Assembly (NCBI GenBank): GCA_950097015.1
Contig: CATNEN010000039.1
Location: 20,646,001-20,710,000 of the forward strand
Reading direction: 5' to 3'
Source: Macrostomum hystrix
Taxonomy: Eukaryota > Animalia > Platyhelminthes
DNA length: 64,000 bases
Shown here: one piece after another, positions 21,501 to 35,000 of the stretch
How positions within the stretch are numbered: the first letter of the stretch is position 1
Layout: each line of letters begins with the position of its first letter
Translations under genes and position numbers: made by a program
Notes under the pieces: model-generated
Database searches by the model: none
Told to the model about the DNA's origin: nothing
What the model saw: the letters and a program-made list of their open reading frames with translations, nothing else

Positions 21501-23605
21501 TCGTCTCTACTTTGTCTCGTCTCTACTTTGTCTCGTCTCTACTTTGTCTCATCTCTACTTTGTCTCATCTCTACTTAGTCTCATCTCTACTTAGTCTCAT
21601 CTCTACTTTGTCTCGTCTCTACTTTGTCTCGTCTCTACTATGTCTCGTCTCTACTTTGTCTCGTCTCTACTTTGTCTCGTCTCTACTTTGTCTCATCTCT
21701 ACTTTGTCTCGTCTCTACTTTGTCTCGTCTCTACTTTGTCTCATCTCTACTTTGTCTCGTCTCTACTTTGTCTCGTCTCTACTTTGTCTCATCTCTACTT
21801 TGTCTCGTCTCTACTTTGTCTCGTCTCTACTTTGTCTCGTCTCTACTTTGTCTCGTCTCTACTTTGTCTCGTCTCTACTTTGTCTCATCTCTACTTTGTC
21901 TCGTCTCTACTTTGTCTCGTCTCTACTTTGTCTCATCTCTACTTTGTCTCGTCTCTACTTTGTCTCGTCTCTACTTTGTCTCATCTCTACTTTGTCTCGT
22001 CTCTACTTTGTCTCGTCTCTACTTTGTTCACCAATGAGAGCGGAAGTCAAAAACAGATCTCACGATGCAGAATGACTGACTAGGCTAGAGACATCAAGCT
22101 AGCTCGTAGAAAAAGAGTTAACAAAATATTTCTATCTTTAGAGCTGTAATATGATAGTTCGTGTAGCAAATAGATCTTATCTAGGTTAGCATTCATTCTG
22201 TTCTTCAGTTTTTTTCCTGTCTTTGTATATTATAGATATTTGCCCGTAAAAAACCTATGGTTATTTGCTGAGAAATTCTGAAGCTATTCTATTGACACAA
22301 AGATCTAGAAAAACTCTCTAGCCATCTATATTTAATTATGCTAGCTAATGGACGCGAAATATCGTGGGAACAGCGCCCACGCAGCTATATGGTATATTTA
22401 ATAGTATTGTATGCATTTATGAAGTTTCTAAAACCAGAACACTAAATATTTAACTCTTGAGAGTTGAGTTGGCGTGCCTTTCTCAGCTGTGTTAATTCGC
22501 ATTAATGTACAAATTAGTTGTTTCCATGCCTGTAAATCTGTAGATATGTGGATCTGGCTGTTTATCTGTAAGTCTATATTAGTCTCTAGTCTGTATGTTA
22601 ATCTGTAAGTCTGTATTTTAATCTGCAAGTCTGTCTGTAAATCTGCAAGTCTGTCTGTTAATCTGCAAGTCTGTCTGTAAATCTGCAAGTCTGTCTGTAA
22701 ATCTGCAAGTCTGTCTGTAAATCTGCAAGTCTGTCTGTTATTCTGCAAGTCCGTCTGTTAGGCCTAATCTGCAAGTCCGTCTGTTAGGCCTAATCTGCAA
22801 GTCCGTCTGTTAGGCCTAATCTGCAAGTCCGTCTGTTAGGCCTAATCTGCAAGTCTGTCTGTTAGGCCTAATCTGCAAGTCCGTCTGTTAGGCCTAATCT
22901 GCAAGTCCGTCTGTTAGGCCTAATCTGCATGTCTGTCTGTTAATCTGCAAGTCTGTCTGTAAATCTGCAGGTCTGTCTGTTAATCTGCAAGTCGGTCTGT
23001 TAATCTGCAAGTCTGTACATGTTAATCTGCAAGTCTGTCTTGATTGGCTGTCATACAGATAAATTCATTGAAATAAAGCATTGTATGTATAAAAAACTCT
23101 AACCAGACAGAATAAAGAACATTTAGTAATGGCCAATTAGAGTCAGTATTCTCACCCAGTCACCATTGCTGTGAATCCACGGCGCCACCTTCTCGGCTAG
23201 ATAATCTACAGCCCAATCAGCAACCTGGCCAGCCCTGATTTCCACTCGCTGCTGTCGGCACTTGTTCAAATACATGCCGACAAAGATGAATACGGTCACT
23301 ATGCGACCCCAATTGCAGCCGTCGACAAATACGGCGTCGAGAACTTCAACGAAGCTCCGATGCGGATCTGACGCATCGATGGTCCAACTATTGGATAAAT
23401 CGAGCAGCTGTTGCTTATAACGCTCCTCGTAGTCGCTGGTTAGGCTAATTAGACAGCGTAGCAAGTCAGCTGATAGAGGATCCAGTTGATTATAGTTGAG
23501 GCCGCTAATGCCATTGGAACCATTCAAATGGAGCCTCATCGACAGGTAGCCGTGAATCAGTTTCTTAGCGATGGCACGATCGCGATCAATAGTAGTTGAT
23601 GACAT
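18537..23605 (-). CDS. Bcl-2 family apoptosis regulator, 201 aa, with C-terminal membrane anchor
   Basis: Exons 23605-23156 and 18692-18537. BH1 VFVDGCNWGRIV; BH2 WIHSNGDW split by an intron after the second W, as in Bcl-2/Bcl-xL/Mcl-1; hydrophobic tail LVPVACAATLFVLGLTTWLAS. Confidence 0.92.
18748..20108. repeat. Three abutting 30-31-bp minisatellites sharing GGATCT
   Basis: Unit changes at about 18860 and 19048. Main unit GGATCTGAAGGTGACAGCTGATCAGCATGAA. Confidence 0.95.
20745..22025. repeat. 16-bp minisatellite TCTCTACTTTGTCTC(A/G)
   Basis: Two-variant array in the Bcl-2 intron. Confidence 0.97.
22600..23040. repeat. 20/26-bp minisatellite (AATCTGCAAGTCTGTCTGTT[AGGCCT])
   Basis: Intronic tandem array. 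Confidence 0.93.
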
Positions 23606-25416
23606 TGCTGTAATAATTTAATTAAATATCAGCTCTCTCACTCTGGAGAACGTTTAAAAGGCACGCAAGCATTTAAAAGATTTCGTAGACCAATAAGAAG
23701 TCAATGCTGTTCTAGGCTGTCTCCTATTGGCTGGGATTTTTTCAATTGTGGCTTTTACTGTGCTAGCTAATGTGAAAAGTGAACCCCGAGTCTATTTTTA
23801 GAATTACTCACACGAACCCATGCAGGGGAGAGCAGACTTGGGAAGCATTATCAAATTAAGCTCACTAATAAAAGCAAGCGAACACATGGCGAGGCAATCC
23901 AATAGTCATGAGGTGGCTATAAACTAATTCACATAGTTTGTAATCATTACTCACTGTCATTGACAACACTGATGACTGACAACCTTCTGTGGAATTCAGT
24001 GAAATCTAACGTGAACTCTAGCCTAGTTGAAGGTCGTCAACCTTAGCCTCGGCATCTCAATTCTCTAATGACTCAGTTAAGAGCATCAACAATCACATTA
24101 TTCATTTGCTACTTCCAGTTGGGATTCCTTTGTCGCTATGTGGGTGGGGAAATGTGGATTTCCCACTTTTCACTTTCAAGTCAAGAGCTTAATTTTTTGT
24201 TGCCCACTAAAAGTAAGACTAAGAGCCTGTCCCTGAGAACCAGAGAATCAAGTTTTTAGTTTGAGCTTTGGGTTTGAAATTGAATTACTTGACTGCTAGT
24301 GTAGCCTCCACCATTGTCACATCTACCCACCCAAGCTAGGCTATCCAAAAGAAGACTATCAGTTATTCCACTCCTAACCCACCCTAGCTGTGGCAGTCTT
24401 GGTCCTACACCATGAATGCTTACTAGAAGAATATTCCTAACTGTAGAGAAATAGATCAATAGATATAAGAAAATAATAAATAAAAAACATATGAGCATAT
24501 AATAATCAATACAAACCAACTAGTTCAATGGTTTTGGATGAAAAAAAATATTTTATGGAAGTTAGATTGACAAATTAATGATGGATTTCCCATGAATCAC
24601 AATCAGTTTCCCTTTATCAAATTTATTTGACTGTGTTATGCAGCTTTCAATTGAAATGAAGCTACTTCTAAATAGGTAGAAGGTCACAAAAGGTCACAAA
24701 AGTAATTATTGATAACATTTTTCACTTAACTTTAAAGTTTTCAATGGGTATAAAATGGATCAGATTGCTACTTTCAAGCTTTAAATATGGTTCTTGCAAA
24801 CAATGTGTTTGAGGTATAAGGCCACAATTGTCACTAGGCCCCTATTCTATGCATGCAGACTAAAACCTGTAACCCTAAAACAGATTGTATAATTAAATAG
24901 CTGGGCAAACCCTAGGCCCATCTGTCTGTTAAGTGATTTTAGAATGTTATGTCATGTTGCAGAACATAAGCACTCAGGAATGTGGAATTGCTACAGTTGC
25001 CACAATAGGACATTTTCTATAAACTTTCACTTGCACATAAATACCTACTAAAAGAAATTTGTTTAGCAAAAAATCTCCTTGAAGATGAAAATATGTTGAA
25101 AATAAAGATGAACGGTCTAGGATATACCTAGCCATGATATGGTCCGAGTAAATTAGAAAATACAATTATGTGGCATCAACTAGGGAATGGATAAACTATC
25201 AACTTTTGATTTGCAAACTGTGCTGAAAAAATAACCTTGGCTGGCTTATATAACATGCACTTAACTGAATCTGTATAATAATGTAGAGAGATAAGCATTG
25301 CAAATCATTCATAATGTATAATAAATAAGGGAAAAGCTATAAAAATACAAAACAAGTTTCCCTTTTTATATATTGTAAATATGCTGCCTTCTGTTTCTTG
25401 CTAGCCTATTAAAAAT

Positions 25417-26092
25417 GGAAGTGCTTATTCCCACGGTCCCATGCCGATAATTATAATTTTATCCACACGGATCCGTGCCGATAATGTTCTGCTTATCCAC
25501 ACGGCAGCTTGTATGAATAGGTCTACTTTCAAGTCCCTATGCCTATTCTTCTCTGAGCATAAGGCTTTTGCTTCAGAGTATAGTGTATAGTGTACACTAT
25601 CAATGCATAGTGTAAAAGAATAACAATGATTTATAATATGTGTGACGAGTTTGGTGCTGACTAGAATTCTACTGGTTGACTCGTATGATTTTCTTAGATA
25701 GAATTCTTACTTTTTTAAGTCAATACAATTCGAATGAAAACACGTAACGATGACAAAATATTTAGTAAGTTGTTATTACAATAATTAAAAAGGATGACAT
25801 TAATGTCGGTTAATGAATGTGTAGGTCGAATGTAGAACACTGTCGTAACACACTGTCAACTTTGTCGATCTATTGGCTCGAGGGTTCAACAAACGTTCAA
25901 ACCCGAAAGGGCCTCGTTTTAAAGAACAGAACCGTGTGGATAAAATTGAAATTAATGGCACGGCATATTTATAAAAAGAGTTTTAGACCTATTCATACAA
26001 GCTGCCATGTGGATAAGCAGAAAATTATCGGCACGGATCCGTGTGGATAAAATTGAAATTATCGGCACGGGACCGTGGGAATAAGCTCTGCC
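25417..26092. mobile_element. Non-autonomous Mutator/MULE-like MITE
   Basis: ~110-bp TIRs (GGAAGTGCTTATTCCCACGGTCC...GAATAGGTCTA / TAGACCTATTC...GGACCGTGGGAATAAGCTCTGCC). Perfect 9-bp TSD ATTAAAAAT at 25408-25416 and 26093-26101. Confidence 0.88.
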
Positions 26093-26442
26093 ATTAAAAA
26101 TATATTAATAAAAATATAGATTTTTAGCGAGCTACATATTATAAAATACAGTTAAGCTATAGATAGCTAAGTCTTATTGCTAGTGAATCATAAAAATCCA
26201 CTAAACATGAATCACATATTAAAATATTTTTGGACAGAAAGACTAATGCTAGTTGTAGCAAAGTATTTCTACATAGCCTAGTTCAATTAGATGAGTTCAA
26301 TTTGTGAACAGTCATTTCATTAGGGCCTAACTGGGGTTGTAGAACTTGTAGCAACTGATTCAAAGTGGTGCAAGGGGTGATTGATACAAAGTGGATAGGG
26401 GCCTAGCATCATATGACAACTATCAAATACTTAGACAAGTGT

Positions 26443-26745
26443 TGATTGTGCCAGTCATTAAGAAAAATGGCACAGTGTGGGTATGCGGCAACTACAAGCT
26501 GACCTACAAGACTGAGGCCAGGCCAGAGCTATACCCGCTGCCACACATAAAAAAGACCTGTTTGCCAAGCTAGGCGGCTGCAAATGGTCCAAGCTGGACA
26601 TGTCAAATGACTTCCTACAGCTGCAATTGTCTGTCGACAGCAAGGCCTATTAGACCATCAACACGCAGTGAGGCTTGTACCAGTTGAACCGCATGCCATT
26701 TGGCATTAACTGTCCCAGCACCGTGTTCCAGCACACGCTCGAAAT
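26443..26745 (+). mobile_element. Degenerate Ty3/Gypsy reverse-transcriptase fragment
   Basis: Across a frameshift and stops it reads IVPVIKKNGTVWVCGNYK...YPLPHI..DLFAKLGG..WSKLDMSN.FLQL...TINT..GLYQLNRMPFGI...VFQ. Confidence 0.85.
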
Positions 26746-29097
26746 TCGATGAATTTAAATAACTGAAATTAAACACTTGTGAATCTTGTGATCTCTTGGA
26801 ACTGGAACACTCAGTTTTCCGTATACAGTGCACATCGGCAACAATAAACCAAGTCAACACTGTAGTTTCTAATGATAGGTGACAAACTGACGAACAAACT
26901 GACTGATAAAGTGACGAGCCTACAGGTTACCATTACTAGGCCTAATAGGCCTATTCTCGAGTTGAATCTATGGTCCTCAAAAAATTACCCGGGTTTCAGT
27001 TTCAAAGAATAAACAAAGAAGTTTTTCTTGTAAAAACTGGTTTCCAAACCAAAAAACGAAACTTAGGACATTAATTCGCCACTAAACTTAAGAAAACAAT
27101 AAAATTGTCTTTTTTTATAAGATTAAAAGTCCTGAAGCTTTATACAACTGCTATTTCGTACTGCTATTTTAGTTTATTTCAATTTCAAGCGCAAATTTAA
27201 ATCATAAAGCATGGTTTGAACTGATCTCAGAATTCGAGTTTGGAAGTTTGGATGGATTCCCCTACGACAGACAATTACCGCTTGCCATATTTCACCTTGA
27301 TCGAAAATTTAAGCAAAAACACATACTCTCGAGCCACAGTGCATTTCAGACTCAGACGCCAAACTATGCTTAAATATATTCTGAACTAATTGATTTGCCT
27401 ATCTATATTTTGCTACTGTAGAAAGTGTGCTAGTGCTAGGATCAGACCATTAACACCAGAATGGCAGAAATCCAACTGAAAATTGTTCCAGCTCCTAGAT
27501 TGTAGCTCTGTAACAAACTGTTTAAATCATTTTTTAAAAGTTAGAATTTTTGCTCACATCAATGCTTAAACAGCTTAATGCTTATCAATGCTCAATGCTT
27601 AACTCACAGAGTCACATCTCACTAAAGTAAGTCTAATATCTTAAAATTATGTTCTTATAGCATGTTTTATAGTTTTTCTTCATTTTTACACATGCCGAAG
27701 AAAGAAGCAGGAAAATAGGATGTAGCGGACTAAGTATCGGATTAAAAGTATTGCCGATACTCAAATTTTTGTAGGCCTATTGGACCATCACATTTCGCCA
27801 ATATTTTTTAAAGCATCAGTATCAGAGTATCGATACTATCGATACTTTTTCAAAGTTTTGTGCCCAACACTGAAGATATATGATCTTGCCAAATTTTGGA
27901 CAAAAATTAAAAAAGATGGCAAGTAAAAATAAGAATATTGGTGCACCACAAGGCTTCCATGACAAAATGCCAAATGGCCTCACACCAAAGCAGCTGCCTT
28001 GTACAATGACCACATGTCAAATTGCTAAATATTACAATGGCCACAAAAAATAAACAAACTAGAGTATCATAGTTTCTATTGTTAGGACCATGAATTATGA
28101 ATAGACTTAAGCCCAGAAAAAAAATGTGTTAGCTAGGCAATACTAATTATTGCTGTAGGCAATTAATGTTGGCAATTATAGCTACATTAATAGGCTTAGA
28201 AAAAATTAGCAGCTATAGGCATGGTATACATAAGAATCAGGCAATTTTTTTAAATAATCAGCTATTTAATGGCCCCTTATTGTTGTTCCCTATTGGGGAT
28301 AGGCCTAAATGTTGAAAACCTGCTGATAGAAGATTTAAAATTAAGAAAGATTGAAATAGGTACAATTAAGCCTAGTACCATTAGCCTTCCACCTAGAACA
28401 CAACACAGATATGTTTTAACTATTTGTGCCTATCTTTGTTGCCAGTCCATGTCTCTGCTGGCTGGCTGCCCATAAGTGTTTTAGCAATATTTAGGTAGGA
28501 AAAGTGCACATGTGAGCATGTTGTGTTCTGCACTTTAGAGTAATCCCAGTCTGTGCCCAAAGTGTGCCAGATGCAATATAAGCAGCTTATTAACTTTTTC
28601 CTATAGGGTTGTTGTAAAAGTACACAAAATTTCAAGGATATGGAGTAGGCCTAGTCTCAGAATTTTTATAGCGCCAAGCAAACTTTGGATAAATGTGAGT
28701 CAGAAGTAGAAACATGAAATTGATTATATATTACTTAATTTTAAGTGAAGTAGTTGAATGTGTTTAATATCTGTATATTATATATATATATATATATTTC
28801 CAAATATTTCCCAACAGATATTTCCTAATATTCCTAATATAGTTAGATACTTCCTAACTTTTTCAATATATTATATTTTCATTTGCACATCAGTTTTATT
28901 AGGCCCTATAAAATTCCTACTTTATTCATTGTTTTTTATAAATATAATACATTTTTAATCACAATTTTAAAAGCAACACCCACCAACTGCATGGAGCAGA
29001 AAATTTAAGGTGGACATTATTCTACCCTCTAAATTAGCTAGTTCTATAAGCTGGAAAACTATCCAATATGGTAATTTCAGTTACCAATAGCTAATAA

Positions 29098-32000
29098 ATG
29101 GACGAAGAGGAATTTGATCGCCTACTGGAGGATGAGCTGGATCTACTGCGAGAATTAGAAGAAGCTGATGCTGCCATTGCTGAAGCAACTGCTTTGTCCC
29201 AGCAGAAGCAGCAGCAGCAGCAACCATCTCAACGCAAGCGTCCGTTTGAGCCAGATAGCTCTTCACAGCAATCCACCGGCTTTAATTCTCTGCCAAATGA
29301 ACATCTTCCACCAGAAAAGCGACCACGCGCCATAGAGTCATTGGTTGCTACGGCAACTAGATCGCCTTCGCCAACACCACTGCCACCGCCTGTGCCATCG
29401 CAGTCGAAGCCGACCCCAACCTGGCATTATTATTGCACGGTGCCAACTGTTGGATCAGATTTCTGCTCAATAACGGGTTCTCAGGGCCAGAGAATCTATC
29501 TCACTATATGCGATGCGGCCGACTATGATAAGAGTTGCAGATCAGCTGATAGCGAATTAACGCTGGTATCTGGTAGAAATTCATCCGGATTTTTCGCTTC
29601 GCTACTTGGCAACAGAGGTTGGTAATTGTGGGCTTTTTTGGTACTCGGACTGTGCGAGCTCGATCCCGTGGCGAGGCCAGTTAGGGCATTTAGGGCACGG
29701 CCGCGTTGAGAAGGCTTGGAGGCTTGTGCAATTTACACCCTTGAGTGCTAACTTTCAAGGCACTGTGAAATTCTACACTGCCTGACAATAAGAAAGTCAG
29801 GGCAGATGTACACACCTGTGTGAGCGTATGCCTGCGTACAGTATCTGTGTGCGCGTGCGCTCAGGAGTCAGCGAAATGGCCAGAATTGCCTCCCCGCTAG
29901 CTGTGGGTCTACTGTCACCAAAGGATGTGTCATTGCCCGCAGCCATCTTGCAATTATCATTATTACTGTAGGTATATAGGATCTGGAATCCAGGGGTGTC
30001 GGTATATAGCATCTGGGACCAGGGGTATCGGTATATAGCATCTGAGACCAGGGCAATCGGTATATAGCATCTGAGACCAGGGCAATCGGTATATAGCATC
30101 TGAGACCAGGGCAATCGGTATGTAGCATCTGGGACCAGGGGTATCGGTATATAGCATCTGAGACCAGGGGTATCGGTATATAGCATCTGAGACCAGGGCA
30201 ATCGGTATATAGCATCTGAGACCAGGGCAATCGGTATATAGCATCTGAGACCAGGGCAATCGGTATATAGCATCTGAGACCAGGGCAATCGGTATGTAGC
30301 ATCTGGGACCAGGGGTATCGGTATATAGCATCTGAGACCAGGGGTATCGGTATATAGCATCTGAGACCAGGGCAATCGGTATATAGCGTCTGAGACCAGG
30401 GCAATCGGTATGTAGCATCTGGGACCAGGGGTATCGGTATATAGCATCTGAGACCAGGGGTATCGGTATATAGCATCTGAGACCAGGGCAATCGGTATAT
30501 AGCATCTGAGACCAGGGCAATCGGTATATAGCATCTGAGACCAGGGCAATCGGTATATAGCATCTGAGACCAGGGCAATCGGTATGTAGCATCTGGGACC
30601 AGGGGTATCGGTATATAGCATCTGAGACCAGGGGTATCGGTATATAGCATCTGAGACCAGGGCAATCGGCATATAGCATCTGAGACCAGGGCAATCGGTA
30701 TATAGCATCTGAGACCAGGGCAATCGGTATATAGCATCTGAGACCAGGGCAATCGGTATGTAGCATCTGGGACCAGGGGTATCGGTATATAGCATCTGAG
30801 ACCAGGGGTATCGGTATATAGCATCTGAGACCAGGGGTATCGGTATATAGCATCTGAGACCAGGGGTATCGGTATATAGCATCTGAGACCAGGGCAATCG
30901 GTATATAGCATCTGGGACCAGGGCAATCGGTATATAGCATCTGAGACCAGGGGTATCGGTATATAGCATCTGAGACCAGGGCAATCGGTATATAGCATCT
31001 GAGACCAGGGCAATCGGTATATAGCATCTGAGACCAGGGCAATCGGTATGTAGCATCTGGGACCAGGTGTATCGGTATATAGCATCTGAGACCAGGGGTA
31101 TCGGTATATAGCATCTGAGACCAGGGCAATCGGTATATAGCATCTGAGACCAGGGCAATCGGTATATAGCATCTGAGACCAGGGCAATCGGTATATAGCA
31201 TCTGAGACCAGGGGAATCGGTATATAGCATCTGGAATATGTGGATTTGCGTTTCGGATTAACAGTAGGAAGTTTTAGGATCTTGGGATTGGCAAGCATAT
31301 TTTGTATAAATAATCCTTGCTATCTTGTCACAATGGCACATTCTAGGCGGCCAGTTACGTGATCAGGCGGTTGCCGAAAATCGTAAACGTCAGCGTCGTC
31401 TAGACGCTTGGCGCGCCGCTTTGGCTGCGGCGCCCGTAGCGGGAGCTGCAGCTCAGCCCGCCGAGCTGTGGGTGAGCAAGTACTCGCCAAAGAGCTACTT
31501 GGATTTGCTATCAGACGAATCCACCAACAGGGCCCTGCTGCATTGGCTAAAGCTCTGGGATCACGCTGTGTTTGGCCGACCTCGCCGTCAGACTGTTATC
31601 CCGGCCACGCTGCCTAACGACAACGACGATGACAACGCTAGCGGCGGCGATGGTCGCCAGCCGAAGCAGAAGCAGCAGCGACAGTTTAAAGAGGCTCAAC
31701 AGGAGAATCAGGCGCCGGAATATGACGAAAACGGGAGGCCATTTTTCAAGGTCACAGCTCTTACGGATTGGTGTTGAGTTTTATTTGTCTAATTGATTTA
31801 TTATGGACTTTAAAGATGTGTATTGAGTCACTAGTTACTAGGCTAAGCATCAGCTCTCACTCCTTGACTAGCTAGTCATCTCCGCTGTGTGGTTTAGTTT
31901 AGTCTCCATTAGAAATTCGGTTAATGAGTTGGTATCTTAAGTGCGTCAGTATACAACTGTGGCCGGTATTTCCACGGTTTTTCCATGGCAGTTTTGCCTG

Positions 32001-35000
32001 CCTTAAGCTTTCCAGCCAATGAGAGCGCTAGAAAAGCCTCAGCCAATGGCAGGCTGAAAGGGTCCAAACCGTCTATAAATACGAGACAATCGAGTGCCAA
32101 AAAATCTGATATCCGTTTTTAAACCTAGCTCAGGAACGGAAGGGGGAATTCGCCCCTACTGAAGTGGTTGCGCTGCGCCTAAAATTTAGTCTTGATCATA
32201 TGAAACTTGAGAAATTCGCGTCATGGTGTCCATAGCGGCCTAGTTCTACCCACAGATTCTATATTACCGGTAATATAGAATATAGAATTTGTGGTTCTAC
32301 CTGTTGTAGCCCTTTGAAGGTCCAGCAAGTTCATCTATATAGGTGACCACAGAAGACGGAGATGATGCAGGCACATTCGACATGCTGATAATTTTTGAAG
32401 GCCTGGCAAGGCCGCACTGAGGCGCAGTGCTAATGTGTCTATAGGGGTATGAAATACACTAGCTCTTGTGGGAAAAAATCTGTCCTTCGGCCAGAACCAT
32501 TGAGTATCTCGACGGTCTGAAGAACTGGAGATTTGATTTCTTGTTTCAGAAGATGCCCAACAAAAAGTTGGTCCGTGTTATTGAGTTTCGTGTGCTTGCG
32601 TTGCTCAGTTCGGGTGCAGCACAAATCACTGTCAGGGGTGCGAATTCCCCCCTTTGTAGTTCTACTGTTAAATTTAGCAACGGGAGACACCACAGATGTG
32701 ATTCAAAATTGATAATTGATTTTCCAATTCTCCCGTCAGGTTGTGCTGCTGTGGGGTCCGCCCGGCCGCGGCAAGACCACCCTGGCGCACACAGCGGCCA
32801 GACAATGCGGCTACAATGTGGTCGAAATGAACGCCAGCGATGATCGAAGCGTTGAACAATTTCGGGCTCGGCTAGACGCCGTTGCTAGGAGTCGAGGATC
32901 TGTTCGACCTGGCGGGGCTGGCGACGGCGGCGGCGGCTCTCCCACTCTGATGCCCGGCTGTCTGGTGCTGGACGAGATCGACGGTGCTCCAGGACCGGCC
33001 GTGGACGCTCTGGTCGCCTGCTTGAAGGTGGGATTTGACTAGGATCCATCAGACTCTCTCAGGATTCACCTCTATATCCCTCCGAATCCTTTATCCACCA
33101 GAATCCACTTGTTTATCCATCAAAATCCATCAGAATCCACCTGTTTAATCGTCAAGTCCATCCGTTTACTCATAAAATTTCATCCGTTTATGTATCAGAA
33201 TCCACTAGTCAATCTATGTATACATCTGAATGCATATTTCAATCCATCAGAACCTATCTGTTTATCCATCAGAATTCACCTGTTTATCCATCAGAATCCA
33301 TCCCTTTATCCATCCGAATCCACCTGCTTGTCCATCCGAATCCACCTGCTTATCCATCCGAATCCACCTGCTTATCCATCCGAATCCACTTGCTTATCCA
33401 TCCGAATCCACCTGCTTATCCAACAGAATCCACCTGCTTATCCATCAGAATCCACCTGCTTATCCATCCGAATCCACATGTTTATCCATCAGAATCCACC
33501 TGCTTATCCATCAGAATCCACCTGCTTATCCATCAGAATCCACCTGCTTGTCCATCCGAATCCACCTGTTTATCCATCAGAATCCATTATCCAGAACGTA
33601 TTATTCTCATTGTCAACCATCATCAATCATATTCGCTAATACCTCGCTATCCGCCTGTATCTCTTACAAGCTTTTTATCAGCTTTCTTTAAGTAACATTT
33701 GCTCGCGTTAATTTTCCAATATTCTGAAGGCCGCACCGGCCGGATCTGGTCGAAAGCGCGGCGCCGGTGCCAACCAGGCTCTGCTGCGTCCCGTCATCTG
33801 CATCTGCAACGATCCGTTTGTGCCAGCCCTGCGTCAATTGCGCGCATTGGCTCTGCAGCTCCGAATGCCTGATCCGCCACAGACTGGTTTAGTTAGCCGC
33901 CTGTTAGAAGTCTGCAGGTCGGAGGGCCTACCAGCTGATCGACTGGCGATGGCCAGTTTGGCCTCCAGGCACGGCGGCGATCTAAGATCCTGCCTCCAGG
34001 CTCTGCAGTTTATGGGCGAGACTGGCACAGGTGAGTATGTTGCTAGGCTTTTTATTTAGTTTAAAAGTTTCGTAAAATAACTCTGTTTGGATTTCGAAAG
34101 ATTATACTCGTAGGGGGATGTCGATAGTACTAAGGGATTTTAATTGGTAATACAAAGGGATTTCCAAAGATTATACTAGGGAATTTCCATAGATTTTACT
34201 ACGGGATTTCCATAGATTATATTAGGGGATTTGCATAGATAATACTAGATCATTTTCATAGATTATACTAGAGGATTTCCATAGATTATACTAAGGGATT
34301 TCCATAGATTATACTAAGGGATTTCCATAGATTATACTAAGGGATTTCCATAGATTATACTAAGAGATTTCCATAGATTATACTAAGGGATTTCCATAGA
34401 TTATACTAGAGGATTTTTATAGATTTTACTAAGGGATTTCCATAGATTATGCTGAGGATTTGCCCAGTTTAAGTTAATGAAATGTCCATAGTTAATAAAA
34501 ACGTTAGACTTTAATAAGTACAAAGTCAGTATTCTCATTGCCCAACAAACATTGCTAACCGCAGACGCCGGTCAGTCAGTAGTTGGTCGCCGCGACACGG
34601 TGGAGTCGCTTATGTCCACAATGGCCCGCCTATTCAGTCGCCAACCAATGGAAGCGTCCGCTTTAGCAGCCTGCGCCGAGTCTGACGAACGCCTAACCGA
34701 ATGCATGCATTACAATTATCCGCACGTTGCTAGGGACGCTAAACGAGCCGCTGCTGTTGCTGATTTACTGAGGCATCACGATCTGCTGGCCGCTAGCGCC
34801 TTCTCCAGTCGTCAGAATGACGCCTTCACTTTAGCTAGATACGCGCCGTGAGTGACTTCGTTATTTGAGATATGTGCTGAGGTAAACGGCTGGGATACTT
34901 AGATTGGAATAAGCCAGGTAAGATTGTGCTTGGGAGGGTAAGATTCGCATAATGAAAGGGTGAGATTCAGATTTAGGAGGGTGAGATTCAGATTTGGGAG

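Noticed and set aside
29797-31298. Long ORFs of 400+ aa here, and similar ORFs at 4812, 5882, 7521, 10483, 14183, 15451, 20614, 33109, 34899, 37691, 45555, 51979 and 56444
   Set aside because: They are translations of stop-free minisatellites, usually open in several frames, and most lie inside introns of real genes.
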